A DNA stretch of 64,000 nt from Candidatus Micrarchaeota archaeon (GCA_964434735.1 CAYSWK010000001.1:2537-66536); one strand, 5' to 3'; positions 1 through 10,619 are shown, counted from the stretch's first letter. Notes: a model not told the origin generated them from the sequence alone. Numbers and translations: made by a program.

Positions 1-1380
1 GCTCATTGCCGTCTTTCTCAACGTAGAGAAATCGCTTGAAAGGTTTGCCGAAAACCATTCGTCAAGCCCGTCAGTGTACAATGAATAACTCTTCAGCCAG
101 TTGATGGAGGGGAAGTGTCGCTTGTACGCAAGTGACGCATCCAATGCCAAGAACACCTTTGCAACACGCAACGTGTTTTGTGAAACAGGTTCTGAAATGT
201 CACCACCAGGAGGTGAAACTGCACCGATGATCGTGACTGAACCGAATCGTTCCTCGGTTCCAAGCGTCCTGACACGGCCGGCACGTTCATAAAATTCTGC
301 CAAACGTCGTGCAAGGTACGCAGGATACCCTTCTTCACCAGGCATTTCTTCAAGACGGCCACCGATTTCACGCATAGCTTCTGCCCAACGGGAGGTTGAA
401 TCGGCCATCAATGCAACATCGTAACCCATGTCACGGAAGTATTCTGCAATCGTAATACCTGTGTAAATGGATGCTTCACGTGCCGCAACAGGCATGTTTG
501 ACGTATTTGCAATAAGAACGGTCCGTTGCATAAGCGGTTTTCCGGTGTTCGGGTCGATAAGGTGGGGGAACTCCGTAAGGACTTCGGTCATTTCATTTCC
601 ACGTTCACCGCAGCCGATGTATACTACGATACGAGTATCAGAGTATTTTGCCAAGGACTGCTGGGTAACTGTTTTTCCTGAACCGAAAGGACCAGGAATA
701 CACGCCGTTCCTCCTTTTGCAATGGGGAAAAAGGTATCGATAACACGCTGACCTGTGATTAACGGAATTACGGGTGGGAACTTTTCAGTAACAGGTCGTG
801 CCTTTCGAACGAACCATCTTTGGTACATGAAAAGGTCTTTCTTCTTTCCTTCGTGGCTGATTGAGCCGATGACATCCTCAATCTGGTAGGTGCCACTCTT
901 AAGCTCCTCGATCTTTCCATCCTGGGGGCAGAGGATCTTGTGTTCAATGAGTTCGGTTTCCTGGACCGTACCAAGAATATCCCCGCGCACTACGCGGTCG
1001 CCTTTCTTTACCAATGCCTTGAATTCCCATTTCTTGTTCCGGTCAAGAGGAGGTGCAACAATACCTCGCTTAATGAATACGCCCTTGCTCTTTTCTTCAA
1101 TGAACGCAAGGGGTCTTTGGATACCGTCGTAAATACTTTGTAAAATACCGGGGCCAAGCTCAACTGAAAGAGGCTCGCCCGTTGTTTCAACAGGTTCACC
1201 TGGCTTAAGGCCAGATGTGTCTTCATAAACCTGAATGGTTGAAGTGTCTCCAATGATCTTGATGATTTCACCAAGAAGCTTGTCATTACCGACACGAACG
1301 ACGTCGTAAAGTTTTGCCTCAGGAACGGTTGCCTGTACAACCGGACCCGAAATCCGCGTGATTGATCCTTTTTTTGCCAT
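1..1380 (-). CDS. atpA: A-type (V-type) ATP synthase catalytic subunit A; the start ATG is at 1378-1380 and the C-terminus runs off the window start
   Basis: Translating the minus strand from 1380 gives [17 protein letters not shown]...[21 protein letters not shown]...[10 protein letters not shown] (Walker A)...GERGNEM. It lies downstream of atpF in the canonical H-I-K-E-C-F-A order. It is absent from the ORF track because it is edge-truncated. Confidence 0.85.
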   Translation of the reverse strand, partial: MAKKGSITRISGPVVQATVPEAKLYDVVRVGNDKLLGEIIKIIGDTSTIQVYEDTSGLKPGEPVETTGEPLSVELGPGILQSIYDGIQRPLAFIEEKSKGVFIKRGIVAPPLDRNKKWEFKALVKKGDRVVRGDILGTVQETELIEHKILCPQDGKIEELKSGTYQIEDVIGSISHEGKKKDLFMYQRWFVRKARPVTEKFPPVIPLITGQRVIDTFFPIAKGGTACIPGPFGSGKTVTQQSLAKYSDTRIVVYIGCGERGNEMTEVLTEFPHLIDPNTGKPLMQRTVLIANTSNMPVAAREASIYTGITIAEYFRDMGYDVALMADSTSRWAEAMREIGGRLEEMPGEEGYPAYLARRLAEFYERAGRVRTLGTEERFGSVTIIGAVSPPGGDISEPVSQNTLRVAKVFLALDASLAYKRHFPSINWLKSYSLYTDGLDEWFSANLSSDFSTLRKTAMS

Positions 1381-1391
1381 TAGTTTTCACC

Positions 1392-1982
1392 TTAGTAATA
1401 TGATCCTCCTGAAACACCTGAAATCAAAAAGACTGAGACCAGTAAGAAAATAAGGATAATTAATAATAAAACGGGAATGACGACAACCGCAATGATTGCA
1501 CGTAACAAGGAAAGGCCGTGGATTGCCCTTACCCCTTGCACCACGTTTCCAAGAGCGGTAAGAGCTGCAAGGAAATTAAGACAAGGAATCTGACTGAGCA
1601 ATGCTCCAAGCGTACCACCGTAAACTTGAATTTGAAGTGTTTTCCCATAACTTTCCTTCCCACCCAGAAGCTTTACAAGAATATGAATAATTCCTGAATA
1701 CAAAAGCACAACCAAGGGAGAAAGCAAAAGATACAAAACTGTTGCAAAAAGAGTGGATACTACTGCATCTACAACCGAAGGTTTAACCAAGAGAAGAGCT
1801 GGTTTGTTTAATGCATCAAAAAGCTGAATTCCAAAGAAAATAGGCACCGTAATAAGCACGAGCACCATGAAATAGGTCAACGTTCGCATGATTCCGTCAT
1901 TGTGAACGCGGCTTGGCCAGTCTGCCATATTTATGAAAAAGATATTTTTTCGAATTTCACTGAGTAGTTCCATAATGCCCAT
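1392..1982 (-). CDS. Polytopic membrane protein, Yip1/DUF1282-like, inserted between atpF and atpA
   Basis: 196 aa with about 5 hydrophobic helices and no ATPase motifs. It sits in tight intergenic spacing inside the ATP synthase operon. Confidence 0.45.
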   Translation of the reverse strand: MGIMELLSEIRKNIFFINMADWPSRVHNDGIMRTLTYFMVLVLITVPIFFGIQLFDALNKPALLLVKPSVVDAVVSTLFATVLYLLLSPLVVLLYSGIIHILVKLLGGKESYGKTLQIQVYGGTLGALLSQIPCLNFLAALTALGNVVQGVRAIHGLSLLRAIIAVVVIPVLLLIILIFLLVSVFLISGVSGGSYY

Positions 1983-1991
1983 TGTTTCACC

Positions 1992-2312
1992 TTATTTTTT
2001 TGCAGCCAAGTCAAATCCAAGCGCACGTTTGATGAGCGCCCGAATTTCATCAGGTTGTTCCTTGCCGCCAGCGTCCGGTAAACCAACTACGACCGGAAAT
2101 GCGATTGAGTCTATTTTCTTTTTCAATTTCCAATCGACTCCTTGAAGGTATGAATCACTGACAAGTATAATGCCAAATTCCTTTGAATCGATTGATTTTT
2201 CAAGCTCTTTTGAAAAGTGCTCCGGTGGCGTAAATCGGGCGTCCTTGATGCCGCTCAGACGAAAACCATCAACAAGCGGTGCATTGCCAAGTACCAAAAT
2301 TTTTGTTTCCAT
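1992..2312 (-). CDS. atpF: A-type ATP synthase subunit F
   Basis: 106 aa, METKILVLGN...GFRLSGI..., matching the typical AtpF size and sequence; operon position. Confidence 0.8.
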   Translation of the reverse strand: METKILVLGNAPLVDGFRLSGIKDARFTPPEHFSKELEKSIDSKEFGIILVSDSYLQGVDWKLKKKIDSIAFPVVVGLPDAGGKEQPDEIRALIKRALGFDLAAKK

Positions 2313-2314
2313 GA

Positions 2315-3382
2315 TTAGACCACCACAAGCATGTCCTGAACATCTTTTTCTGAAAGACCGAATTCCTTCCCTTTAAGGATTTTCCTTATGTTGAAAATTT
2401 CCTGTTCCTTAAGAAGCAAAAAGCCAAGTGCGACACCAATTGAAAACATTGCGCTCGTGAAAAGCCTTGTTTTCTCCTTTGCAAGAGCACGTTCAAGCGA
2501 AACCTCAAGCTCAACAAGGTCAAGATCCCCAGACAACGTAACGTCCTTGAATCGTGACGCAAGGAATTTACGTACTTCTTTAGGATCCTGGGTACGGATG
2601 AGCCGTAAAAACTGCTCAGGCTTAATCATGCCGCCCGAAATAAGGTATTGTTGAATCTTCTGTGGCGTGAAATGAAGGCGCTTAAGCCGCTCGATAAGAA
2701 TGATATTTTTTGCGTCAACTTCCCTTTTAAGAAGCATACGTATTGCGTGCGTGTCAGCACTGGGCGAAGCCTTGAGTGAAAGGTCAAACAACTCATATGC
2801 ATACGCATCAAGAACCATGAGTGATTCGTACAAACGAGCCGGATCACGAAGCGATTGTTGAAGCGTTTTTTTATGAGTTTCAGAAAGAATTTTTCCCTCA
2901 AAAAGAAGCTTACCGAATTCAGTTGAGCGAAGAGTTGAAAGAAACGAAGAGTCGGGGGCTTCATAAAGCATCTGGCAATCTGATTCGCGAAGGAGCCCAA
3001 GAGGATAAATGTTTCCTTTTACAAGGGCATAAGGCTTTTTTGAGCTACGGCCGCCGATAATTGCCTTAAGGTTAAGAATATCAAAACGTTCAAGCAATGC
3101 GTTTAAGGGTTTAATGCCGCTTTTTGGAAGTGTTTTCTTTATTTTACTTACAGTAGCACTGAAATGAAGCTGGGTTGCATGCTCGATAAGATGATCGCCG
3201 ACATCCTTGGCTGTTGCTTTTGAAATACTCTCCTTATAGGGAGTATGGGACAACAACTCAACAAGTGCAGGAACAGACTTGACTTTAACCATTTCATCAA
3301 GTGTATTTGAAGCAAGGATAGTGCCTCGCATTCCCCTGATCCGAGCATTTGTATATCCCCACGCGAGCGCATCAAAGAACAT
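2315..3382 (-). CDS. atpC: A-type ATP synthase subunit C (d subunit)
   Basis: About 355 aa helical protein in the operon position. The start is chosen at the internal Met (MFFDALAWGY) to remove the overlap with atpE. Confidence 0.75.
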   Translation of the reverse strand: MFFDALAWGYTNARIRGMRGTILASNTLDEMVKVKSVPALVELLSHTPYKESISKATAKDVGDHLIEHATQLHFSATVSKIKKTLPKSGIKPLNALLERFDILNLKAIIGGRSSKKPYALVKGNIYPLGLLRESDCQMLYEAPDSSFLSTLRSTEFGKLLFEGKILSETHKKTLQQSLRDPARLYESLMVLDAYAYELFDLSLKASPSADTHAIRMLLKREVDAKNIILIERLKRLHFTPQKIQQYLISGGMIKPEQFLRLIRTQDPKEVRKFLASRFKDVTLSGDLDLVELEVSLERALAKEKTRLFTSAMFSIGVALGFLLLKEQEIFNIRKILKGKEFGLSEKDVQDMLVVV

Positions 3383-3395
3383 GCATATTCCCTCT

Positions 3396-3962
3396 TTAGA
3401 AAAGCTCCTTTGCGATATGTTTTCGCAAGGCTTCACGCCTCAATTCAAGAAGTGCTTCGACAGTTGAATTGATACAAACTTCCCTGCCGGGAGATTCGAC
3501 CAAAACGCCGCCCAAACCTTCAAGGTCTTCAACAACCTTAGCAGTCGTTTTTCCAACAAGTGACTTTTCACCCTTAAGCACGTGAACTACTGCCTTGGAA
3601 CCCAATTCAGTGATGGATTGATCACTTGAGGATTTTACAAATTCCTTGTACTCCTTTGATTTCCTGAATGCATCCATCTGGCTGATGAGCTCATCCAAAC
3701 TTGCGTTGATCGCCCGTTCTTTTGCATCCGCAAGAATGCGCTTACGCTCAAGACGTGCCCAGGCAAGCCGTTCGCCACGCGTTTCCGCAAGCGATTTATG
3801 TGCCTCATCTTCTACTCCTTTAAGAAGGAGTGCCCGACGAGCTTTTTCGGCCTGAAGTACATTCGCAGCTTCCTTTTCTGCCGAATGTATTACCTGGTCT
3901 GCCTCTTGCTTGGCACCTGCTAGAATAGAACGGGAAAGTCCCTCAATTCCCATGAAGATCAC
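3396..3962 (-). CDS. atpE: A-type ATP synthase subunit E
   Basis: 188 aa charged helical N-terminus (AEKEAANVLQAEKARRALL); operon position between K and C. Confidence 0.75.
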   Translation of the reverse strand: MIFMGIEGLSRSILAGAKQEADQVIHSAEKEAANVLQAEKARRALLLKGVEDEAHKSLAETRGERLAWARLERKRILADAKERAINASLDELISQMDAFRKSKEYKEFVKSSSDQSITELGSKAVVHVLKGEKSLVGKTTAKVVEDLEGLGGVLVESPGREVCINSTVEALLELRREALRKHIAKELF

Positions 3963-3973
3963 GAGATTTGAAG

Positions 3974-4231
3974 TTATTCTGCTCCCATAGTTCCAATCAG
4001 GAAGAACGCGATAACGAATCCTAAGATTGCGATAATTTCAGGAAGCACTAAGTATACCAATACGTTCTTTTCAACTTCAGGTCGTTCTGCGACTGCACCC
4101 ATTGCTGCTGCGCCCATCGTTCCTTGTGACCATGCTGCTGCAAGAGCACTTACACCCATTGCGATACCTGCACCAATTGCTGCTGCACCGCCTGTTGTCA
4201 AAAAGTTTCCTAGTGTTGTTGGTTCTGCCAT
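3974..4231 (-). CDS. atpK: A-type ATP synthase proteolipid subunit K (c subunit)
   Basis: 85 aa, two TM hairpins, Gly/Ala-rich (GAAAIGAGIAMG...) with a conserved acidic residue in helix 2 (LPEIIAILGF). Confidence 0.85.
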   Translation of the reverse strand: MAEPTTLGNFLTTGGAAAIGAGIAMGVSALAAAWSQGTMGAAAMGAVAERPEVEKNVLVYLVLPEIIAILGFVIAFFLIGTMGAE

Positions 4232-4248
4232 ATTATTTCACCTCAAAT

Positions 4249-6162
4249 TTAATGAGCACGATATTGATCTGTTGAGAAAGGCTCAAACGACTTGCCCCCT
4301 CCTTTCATGAATTTTGACCTGAATTCCAAGACGTTCAAACGGCCCCCTTGAATAAGGGCTTCAAACATCGCGATGAATGCATTTACGCTGTGAAGAATGA
4401 AAAACAACGGAAGTGCAAGGACAATAAACCATCCCATTTCCGGCCGCGGCATAAATGCTTCATTGATAATTTCACCAAGAAGCGTACCTACGACACCAAT
4501 TGCCGCAATACGTGAATATGAAATGACGTTCCCTGCAAAACCAGGAAGTTCAAGAAGACCCACAATTCCTTCAGTTGCAAGAAGACCCGCGACCGAAATA
4601 ACAAAGATAACAAGGCCTGCGGGCTGGTAGATGATAGGAAGCATGGGCAACACTGAAGTAAGGACAAGTATGGTCCCTCCAATTTCAACGCCAAGCCAGC
4701 TGATTTTTGCGAATGCGTGTTTCTTTGAATGATTCCATTCACTAATGGCTCCAAGAATAAAACCAAGCGCAAGATGAAGAAGACCTGCAAGACAGGAAAT
4801 TCCGATGACAAGCGGGAGGTTATGCACACGACTTATCCCATGATATAAGGGACCTGTAATATCTAGGGCATGAAGGTCAATAATATGCCAGGACTCCAAA
4901 AATTCAAGCCAATGATAGTGCGTTGCACCGCCAAATTCATCAAAAATAATTCCGAAAACAAATGCAGGAAGTGCTGCATACAACCAAAAGGTGCCGATAT
5001 TTTGAAGCACCGTGCTTGTCTTAAACTGTCGCTTAAGGAAAAGGGCAATAAAAACGGAGAGTATTGCGTAAAAAGCATCAGCAACGATAAGCCCGTAGAA
5101 AACAGGAATAAGAATAAAGTAAAGAAGCGTCGGATCAAGTTCAGTATAACTTGGCAAGGAGTATCTCGTTGTAATAAATTCAAGCGGAGAAGCCATTTTT
5201 GGATTCTTCAAAAGAATCGGAGGAACTTCATGGTGTTCATCAATTGGAAGGATTTCAAGAGTTAATCTCTCGCCAAAAAATGCAACAACTGATTCGAGAT
5301 CTTTCATACGTGTTGTTGGAACCCATGCTTCAATTACAAAACAGGATGAAGTGAAATGCGCGTTGGTTGCTGCCTGCGCGCGGTCAACTTCAATTTGCAA
5401 TGTTTTTTCAGCATATGCAAGTTCAGGATATAATTTGGTCGAAATTTCAAGAATCTGCTGTGAAAGAGAATCTTTAATTCCTTCAAGCTCTCCTTTTTTA
5501 CTTAAAAGTCCTGAAAGGGTAGATTTAGGAGAAGTAAAACCTTGTGGAAGCTCAATCTTTGTTGCATTAATTCCAGAAATCAATGAATCAAATTCAATGG
5601 AGCGATCAAGAACTAAAAGCACAGTTGCTTTTTCAACTCCTTTCTTTTGCGAAACTTGAATTTCAAACGGTTTTGAAAGAGATGCGAGTCTTTGATTAAG
5701 CTCCTTAAGCGAAGTGATTGGAACGTTCAAAAGTGCATATTTCAAAGAACCGGTTGAAAGTAACGAAAAATCAACAGATGAAAAATCAAGCAACCCCTCG
5801 CAAACTTTTATTTGATTCTGAAGCTGCTCAATATTTTGTGAAATCGACGCAAGCTGTTCCTTGATCTTTCGCACTTCATCAAGAAGAGGACGGTTTTTAT
5901 CAGTAACCTTTACTGCCTTTTCAAGGGAAAGAAGTTCGTCTTCAACAGGAACAGATTTAAGCTGCGATTTAAGAGTTCGTACAAAAAGAAGTTTTTCAGA
6001 CAACAATTCAAAAGAATCAAGAGGACGATTTGTTCCAAGACCTTCATAATGCGAAGTTTTTATTTCAAGAAGAGAAAGAGGATGAAGGCGTGCCAAAAGT
6101 TCAGAAAGTATTGATGATAGCCCGATCAACCTAATCTTATGGAACTTGACTGGTTTCATCAT
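4249..6162 (-). CDS. atpI: A-type ATP synthase subunit I (a subunit)
   Basis: 637 aa with a hydrophilic coiled-coil N-terminal half and a C-terminal polytopic membrane domain; operon position. Confidence 0.85.
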   Translation of the reverse strand: MMKPVKFHKIRLIGLSSILSELLARLHPLSLLEIKTSHYEGLGTNRPLDSFELLSEKLLFVRTLKSQLKSVPVEDELLSLEKAVKVTDKNRPLLDEVRKIKEQLASISQNIEQLQNQIKVCEGLLDFSSVDFSLLSTGSLKYALLNVPITSLKELNQRLASLSKPFEIQVSQKKGVEKATVLLVLDRSIEFDSLISGINATKIELPQGFTSPKSTLSGLLSKKGELEGIKDSLSQQILEISTKLYPELAYAEKTLQIEVDRAQAATNAHFTSSCFVIEAWVPTTRMKDLESVVAFFGERLTLEILPIDEHHEVPPILLKNPKMASPLEFITTRYSLPSYTELDPTLLYFILIPVFYGLIVADAFYAILSVFIALFLKRQFKTSTVLQNIGTFWLYAALPAFVFGIIFDEFGGATHYHWLEFLESWHIIDLHALDITGPLYHGISRVHNLPLVIGISCLAGLLHLALGFILGAISEWNHSKKHAFAKISWLGVEIGGTILVLTSVLPMLPIIYQPAGLVIFVISVAGLLATEGIVGLLELPGFAGNVISYSRIAAIGVVGTLLGEIINEAFMPRPEMGWFIVLALPLFFILHSVNAFIAMFEALIQGGRLNVLEFRSKFMKGGGKSFEPFSTDQYRAH

Positions 6163-6168
6163 ACAAAA

Positions 6169-6510
6169 TCACGACTGCCCGAAAAGAACATCCTTAATGA
6201 TTTCAGCGGCTTTCCGAGATCCTATGGATTTTTTTGCGAGTGCAGAGCCTTCTTTTCTTGCCTCGGAAAGAACTTGCTCAACCTCTGATTCGATAGATGC
6301 CGTGCCTTCTGAAATAATATGGTTCTTAAGCTTGACCGACTCTTCATGGGCCGCATTGCGCAACAAAAGAGCTTCTTGTTTTGCTTTATGAAGGATGTGT
6401 TCTGCCTGAACTTTTGATTCTGCCTTAGTATGTTCCGCTTGTCCTTCAGACTTACGAATGGCAAGAATTGCTCCCATCATATCAGAATCGGCTTCGTGTG
6501 AGCTAGACAT
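6169..6510 (-). CDS. atpH: A-type ATP synthase subunit H
   Basis: 113 aa small charged helical protein (ILAIRKSEGQAEHTKAESK...) as the first gene of the operon. Confidence 0.65.
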   Translation of the reverse strand: MSSSHEADSDMMGAILAIRKSEGQAEHTKAESKVQAEHILHKAKQEALLLRNAAHEESVKLKNHIISEGTASIESEVEQVLSEARKEGSALAKKSIGSRKAAEIIKDVLFGQS

Positions 6511-6556
6511 ATGAAACCCTCATTAACAAGATAATACGTACATTAGTGACCAACCT

Positions 6557-7786
6557 TTATAAACGCTCTTGCACTGCTTTGGCAATTCGCTCAAGTGCAA
6601 CAACATATGCGGCAGTACGCATATCAATTCCCTTCTTTGAGGAGATAGCATGGACGGCGTTAAACTCCTTGACCATTTTTTCTTCAAGCTTTGCGAATAC
6701 TTCTTTTTCAGTCCAATAATATCCGTAAAGGTTCTGAACCCACTCAAAATAGGACACGCAAACTCCGCCTGAATTTGCAAGAACATCAGGAATAACGAAT
6801 ACGCCCTTCTTATGCAAAAGGTCGTCTGCAGCGGGAGTTGTTGGCCCGTTTGCAAGCTCTACGACAATTTTTGCTTTAACATTGTTTGCGTTCTTTTCAT
6901 CAACCTGGTTTTCAAGTGCTGCCAAAACTAAGATATCAACGGGCAATTCAAGAATTTCCTTGTTTGAAACAGGTGAAGACCCTGAAAATCCTGCAAGCTG
7001 GCCAGTCTTTTCCTTGTGCTGTTTTGCCTGCGAGATGTTGATTCCTGTTGGATTATGTACTCCGCCTTTTGAATCTGAAACTGCAACGATAGTAAACCCG
7101 TCTTGAGCAAGCAAATCTGCCATGACGGCACCGGCATTTCCAAATCCTTGAATTGCAACCGTTTTGCCAGACTTAATATGTTTAAGAGACTCGCGCAAGG
7201 CATAGAAACCGCCCTGTGCAGTTGCAGTTCCACGCCCTTGGGAACCTCCAAGAGAAATAGGCTTTCCAGTAATGAAACCTGGTTGGTGCGATTGTGCGAT
7301 AGTTGAATACTCATCAACCATCCATGCCATGATTTGTGGAGTCGTATTTACATCAGGAGCAGGAATGTCCCTTTGAGGCCCGATAATAGGATATGCTGCG
7401 CGAACCCAACCACGTGAAAGACGCTCAAGCTCACGTACGGAAAGTTTTTTGGGATCGACCGTAATTCCGCCCTTGCCGCCACCATAGGGAATGTCAATCA
7501 CTGCGCACTTAACCATCATCCAAAATGAAAGTGCTTTTACTTCGTCTAACGTAACATCTTGGTGATACCTGATACCTCCTTTAGTCGGACCGCGTGCGTC
7601 ATTGTACCTAACACGGTATCCCTGGTATACTTTAAGTTCGCCATTATCCATGCGAATAGGTATTGAAAATTGAAGCTGTTCCTTGGGAGAAGCAAGAATT
7701 TCTGCAACCTCTTTTGAAAGAGTAATCTGCTTGTATGCCTTATCCAACTGAATCCTTGCGTTTTCAAAAACAGAATTTGTCGCCAT
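6557..7786 (-). CDS. gdhA: NAD(P)-dependent glutamate dehydrogenase
   Basis: K-rich catalytic motif GGGKGG and dinucleotide fold GFGNAGAVMA. The start is placed at the internal MATNSVFENA rather than the longer ORF start. Confidence 0.9.
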   Translation of the reverse strand: MATNSVFENARIQLDKAYKQITLSKEVAEILASPKEQLQFSIPIRMDNGELKVYQGYRVRYNDARGPTKGGIRYHQDVTLDEVKALSFWMMVKCAVIDIPYGGGKGGITVDPKKLSVRELERLSRGWVRAAYPIIGPQRDIPAPDVNTTPQIMAWMVDEYSTIAQSHQPGFITGKPISLGGSQGRGTATAQGGFYALRESLKHIKSGKTVAIQGFGNAGAVMADLLAQDGFTIVAVSDSKGGVHNPTGINISQAKQHKEKTGQLAGFSGSSPVSNKEILELPVDILVLAALENQVDEKNANNVKAKIVVELANGPTTPAADDLLHKKGVFVIPDVLANSGGVCVSYFEWVQNLYGYYWTEKEVFAKLEEKMVKEFNAVHAISSKKGIDMRTAAYVVALERIAKAVQERL

Positions 7787-8104
7787 AAAATCACTTATTT
7801 TTTTACATCTGCATCTAAGCTGCAAATAAAAACAAAGAGAATCATGAAAGAATTAATTATAAAAGGATATGCTCGATTGAGAAAAAAAATGAAGGCAGGG
7901 GTCTGCCTACATTATATATTGATTGCTCATTACTTTCTTGATTTCTTCTTTGATGATTTTTTTGCCCCTTTTGACTTTGACTTTGTTTTTTTCTTTGCTG
8001 CCATTGGTTTTTCACCAAAAAGCCAAACCACACAAACTTTAAAAATTTTTACACTACATATCAACGAGTCCAAACGTACAATAAAACGACCAAATGGTGT
8101 CAAA

Positions 8105-8440
8105 ATGCACACACATATCGATACGCAAACGCAAGAAAAAAACGACGAAGAACACTCAACAAACCAACGACCGGGGAACGTAGTTTACATTGGGCAAAAA
8201 ATGGTAATGGGGTACGTTTATGCCGTTTTGACGCAATTTAACAATGGCGCGAAAGAAGTGACTATAAAAGCACGAGGAAGAGTTATTTCAAAAGCCGTAG
8301 ATGTTGAACAAATTGTAAAAAATAAATTCAAATTCAACAACATAAGAACTGAAAGTATTTCAACAAGTACGGAAAGTGTAACCTCTGAAGACGGAAGCAC
8401 AAGCAATGTTTCCGCAATCGAGATAAAACTTGCAGTATAA
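8105..8440 (+). CDS. albA: Alba DNA/RNA-binding chromatin protein
   Basis: The C-terminal 95 aa (NVVYIGQKMVMGYVYAVLTQFNNGAKEVTIKARGRVISKAVDVEQIVKNKF...IEIKLAV) matches the Alba fold signature. The N-terminal extension of the track ORF is low-complexity, so the start is placed at MHTH. Confidence 0.8.
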   Translation: MHTHIDTQTQEKNDEEHSTNQRPGNVVYIGQKMVMGYVYAVLTQFNNGAKEVTIKARGRVISKAVDVEQIVKNKFKFNNIRTESISTSTESVTSEDGSTSNVSAIEIKLAV

Positions 8441-8477
8441 GGGATTCGCTTTGTCATTTCTTTTAAACAGCAAAGGG

Positions 8478-9068
8478 ATCATGCTCGCCTTGGTATTCGG
8501 GATTCTCATTTTTACAACTGCAGACTTGAGATATCTTGAAATCATGCTTGTTTTTTTCGCAAGTGCAATACTTGTCACAAAATATGAATATCTGCTTAAA
8601 CGAAAAATGGGCGTATATGAAAACGAACGGTCCTGGGAAAATGTTTTTTCAAATGGGATTGTACCTACAATTTGCGCCGTTTTTTCTTCAGCAATTGGTC
8701 CGCTTCCGTTTCTCTGTTCAGTTGCGGCAATAACTGCTGACAAATTTGCTTCCGAACTTGGCGTGTTTGGAGGAAAACCATATTCACTATTAACGGGCAA
8801 AAAGGTCACTGAAGGCGAAAGCGGCGCAGTAAGCGTACTTGGAACAATTATGTCCTTAGCAGGGGGAATGGTGATAGGCGTAGGTGCACTCATTCTCTTT
8901 TCCATTGAACCCATACATGCGCTCATGATTGCGTTCGCAGGACTTGTGGGCTCGCTCGTTGACAGTTTAGTGGGCATACTTGAAGCAAAAGGAATAGGTA
9001 CAAAAGGAACAACTAATTTTATATGTGCACTTGCAGGTGCAATTATTGGAATATTTATTGGAGGTTAA
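8478..9068 (+). CDS. Integral membrane protein, DUF92/TMEM19-like
   Basis: About 196 aa, 5-6 TM segments, Gly-rich C-terminus; resembles the DUF92 family by eye. Confidence 0.45.
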   Translation: MMLALVFGILIFTTADLRYLEIMLVFFASAILVTKYEYLLKRKMGVYENERSWENVFSNGIVPTICAVFSSAIGPLPFLCSVAAITADKFASELGVFGGKPYSLLTGKKVTEGESGAVSVLGTIMSLAGGMVIGVGALILFSIEPIHALMIAFAGLVGSLVDSLVGILEAKGIGTKGTTNFICALAGAIIGIFIGG

Positions 9069-9074
9069 ACAAAT

Positions 9075-9791
9075 ATGAAAGTAATGATACTGTGCGGCGG
9101 AGAAGGTACTCGTCTAAGGCCCTATACGTATAATGTGCCAAAACCGATGCTACCCATTGCAGGAAAACCAATACTGCAGTATGTTATTGAAAATCTTAAA
9201 CGACAGGGGTTTACGGAAATAATCCTCATGGTAGGATATTTGCATGAACAAATACAAAATTATTTTAAAGATGGAAAAAGATTCGGAGTTTCAATAACGT
9301 ATTCGATTGAAACCGAAGCACTAAGCACTGCGGGTGCCATATACGGACAAAAAGAAAAAGTAAAAGATGTTTTTGCCGTGCTTATGGGAGATCATGTGAC
9401 AAACATAAACCTTGCAAAAATGGTCGACTACCATAAAAAGCAAAAGGCAATTGGAACAATCGCAATATATTCACAAAAAAAACAGCTTGAATACGGAATA
9501 GTGAATATGGAAAGCAACGGAACTATAACTGGATTTTCAGAAAAGCCAACGCTTGAAACAAACATAAACACCGCAATGTATGTTTTTGACGCCAAAATCT
9601 TCGAATACATAAAACCAAGGGAAGATTTTGCAAAACATGTTTTCCCACGAGTGCTTAAAGAAGGGAAAGATCGGCTTATAGGATATCCCCTTGAGGAAGT
9701 ATGGTACGACATAGGCCGTGTCAGTGATTATGAAAAAGTAAATGAGCTGATGCAAACAATCAGGCTTGGAAAGGATCTGCTTGGAGTATAA
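9075..9791 (+). CDS. Sugar-phosphate nucleotidyltransferase (NTP-transferase fold)
   Basis: N-terminal MKVMILCGGEGTRLRPYTYNVPKPMLPIAGKPIL is the classic GXGXRL signature of G1P thymidylyl/uridylyl/cytidylyl transferases. Confidence 0.8.
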   Translation: MKVMILCGGEGTRLRPYTYNVPKPMLPIAGKPILQYVIENLKRQGFTEIILMVGYLHEQIQNYFKDGKRFGVSITYSIETEALSTAGAIYGQKEKVKDVFAVLMGDHVTNINLAKMVDYHKKQKAIGTIAIYSQKKQLEYGIVNMESNGTITGFSEKPTLETNINTAMYVFDAKIFEYIKPREDFAKHVFPRVLKEGKDRLIGYPLEEVWYDIGRVSDYEKVNELMQTIRLGKDLLGV

Positions 9792-9857
9792 TTGGCCCAG
9801 GCATACATTTTATGCCAAATTACACATGAATTTAAAGGCGCACTGCGAGGAATACAT

Positions 9858-10619
9858 ATGAAAGAGACAACTATCATTGAACGGAAAAAAATCAAGGCAA
9901 AAAATGCAATATTGATAACCGGTCTTCCAGGCATAGGTCTCGTTGGCAGAGTTGTTGGAAAATACCTTGCAGAAGAGCTGAAAGGGACCCATTTTGCAGA
10001 TATGTATTCGCCTCATTTTCCCCACCAAGTATTTATGACTAAACGCGGGGGGCTACGACTCATCAGGAATAAATTTTTCCTTTGCAAAGGCAAAAAACAT
10101 GACGTAATCTTGCTTACTGGAGATATCCAAGCAATGACTTCAACTGGCCAGTACGAAGTTGCCGGCGCAGTACTTGATTATGTCGAAAAAATGGGAGTAA
10201 ACACCGTCATAACCATCGGAGGTTATGGCATCGGAAAAATAAACGAATCACGAAGAATTCTTGCAGTCGCATCAAACGAAAAAGTGCTTGAAAAATTCAA
10301 AAAATTAGGAGTCGTATTCGGGGAAGCAAAAGGCTCAATCGTAGGTGCAGCCGGCCTTTTACCTGCATTCGCAAAAGTAAGGGGAATAGACGGCATCTGC
10401 CTTATGGGCGAAACGCATGGCGGCTATGTAGATGTAACTGCCGCAAAAAATATCGTAACGCTTCTTTCAAAATACCTTGGCTTTGATATAGATTTGACAC
10501 GGCTTGAGGCAAAAGCAAAGGAAAGCGAAAAAATCGTCAAAAAGATTGAGGAAGAAATCCAGACGAACATGATCCAGCCCTTTGAAGCAAACAAAAAGAG
10601 CATATCTTACATACGATAG
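9858..10619 (+). CDS. PAC2-family protein (proteasome assembly chaperone-like)
   Basis: ILITGLPGIGLVGRVVGKYL...GGYGIG motifs typical of archaeal PAC2/PbaA-like proteins. The start is taken at MKETTII. Confidence 0.55.
   Translation: MKETTIIERKKIKAKNAILITGLPGIGLVGRVVGKYLAEELKGTHFADMYSPHFPHQVFMTKRGGLRLIRNKFFLCKGKKHDVILLTGDIQAMTSTGQYEVAGAVLDYVEKMGVNTVITIGGYGIGKINESRRILAVASNEKVLEKFKKLGVVFGEAKGSIVGAAGLLPAFAKVRGIDGICLMGETHGGYVDVTAAKNIVTLLSKYLGFDIDLTRLEAKAKESEKIVKKIEEEIQTNMIQPFEANKKSISYIR

Noticed and set aside
4397-5265. ORFs 4397..4630(+), 4488..4829(-), 4863..5183(-) and 4870..5265(+) inside the atpI region
   Set aside because: They lie antisense to, or out of frame with, the 637-aa atpI gene, which is strongly supported. 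They are low-complexity and have no motifs, so they are spurious.
6523-6855. 110-aa minus-strand ORF overlapping the gdhA 3' end in another frame
   Set aside because: It is embedded in the gdhA coding region, has no motifs, and is out of frame.
7930-8112. 60-aa Lys-rich minus-strand ORF upstream of alba
   Set aside because: It overlaps the alba promoter/5' region. The poly-K tail arises from the A/T-rich promoter sequence, and there is no independent support.
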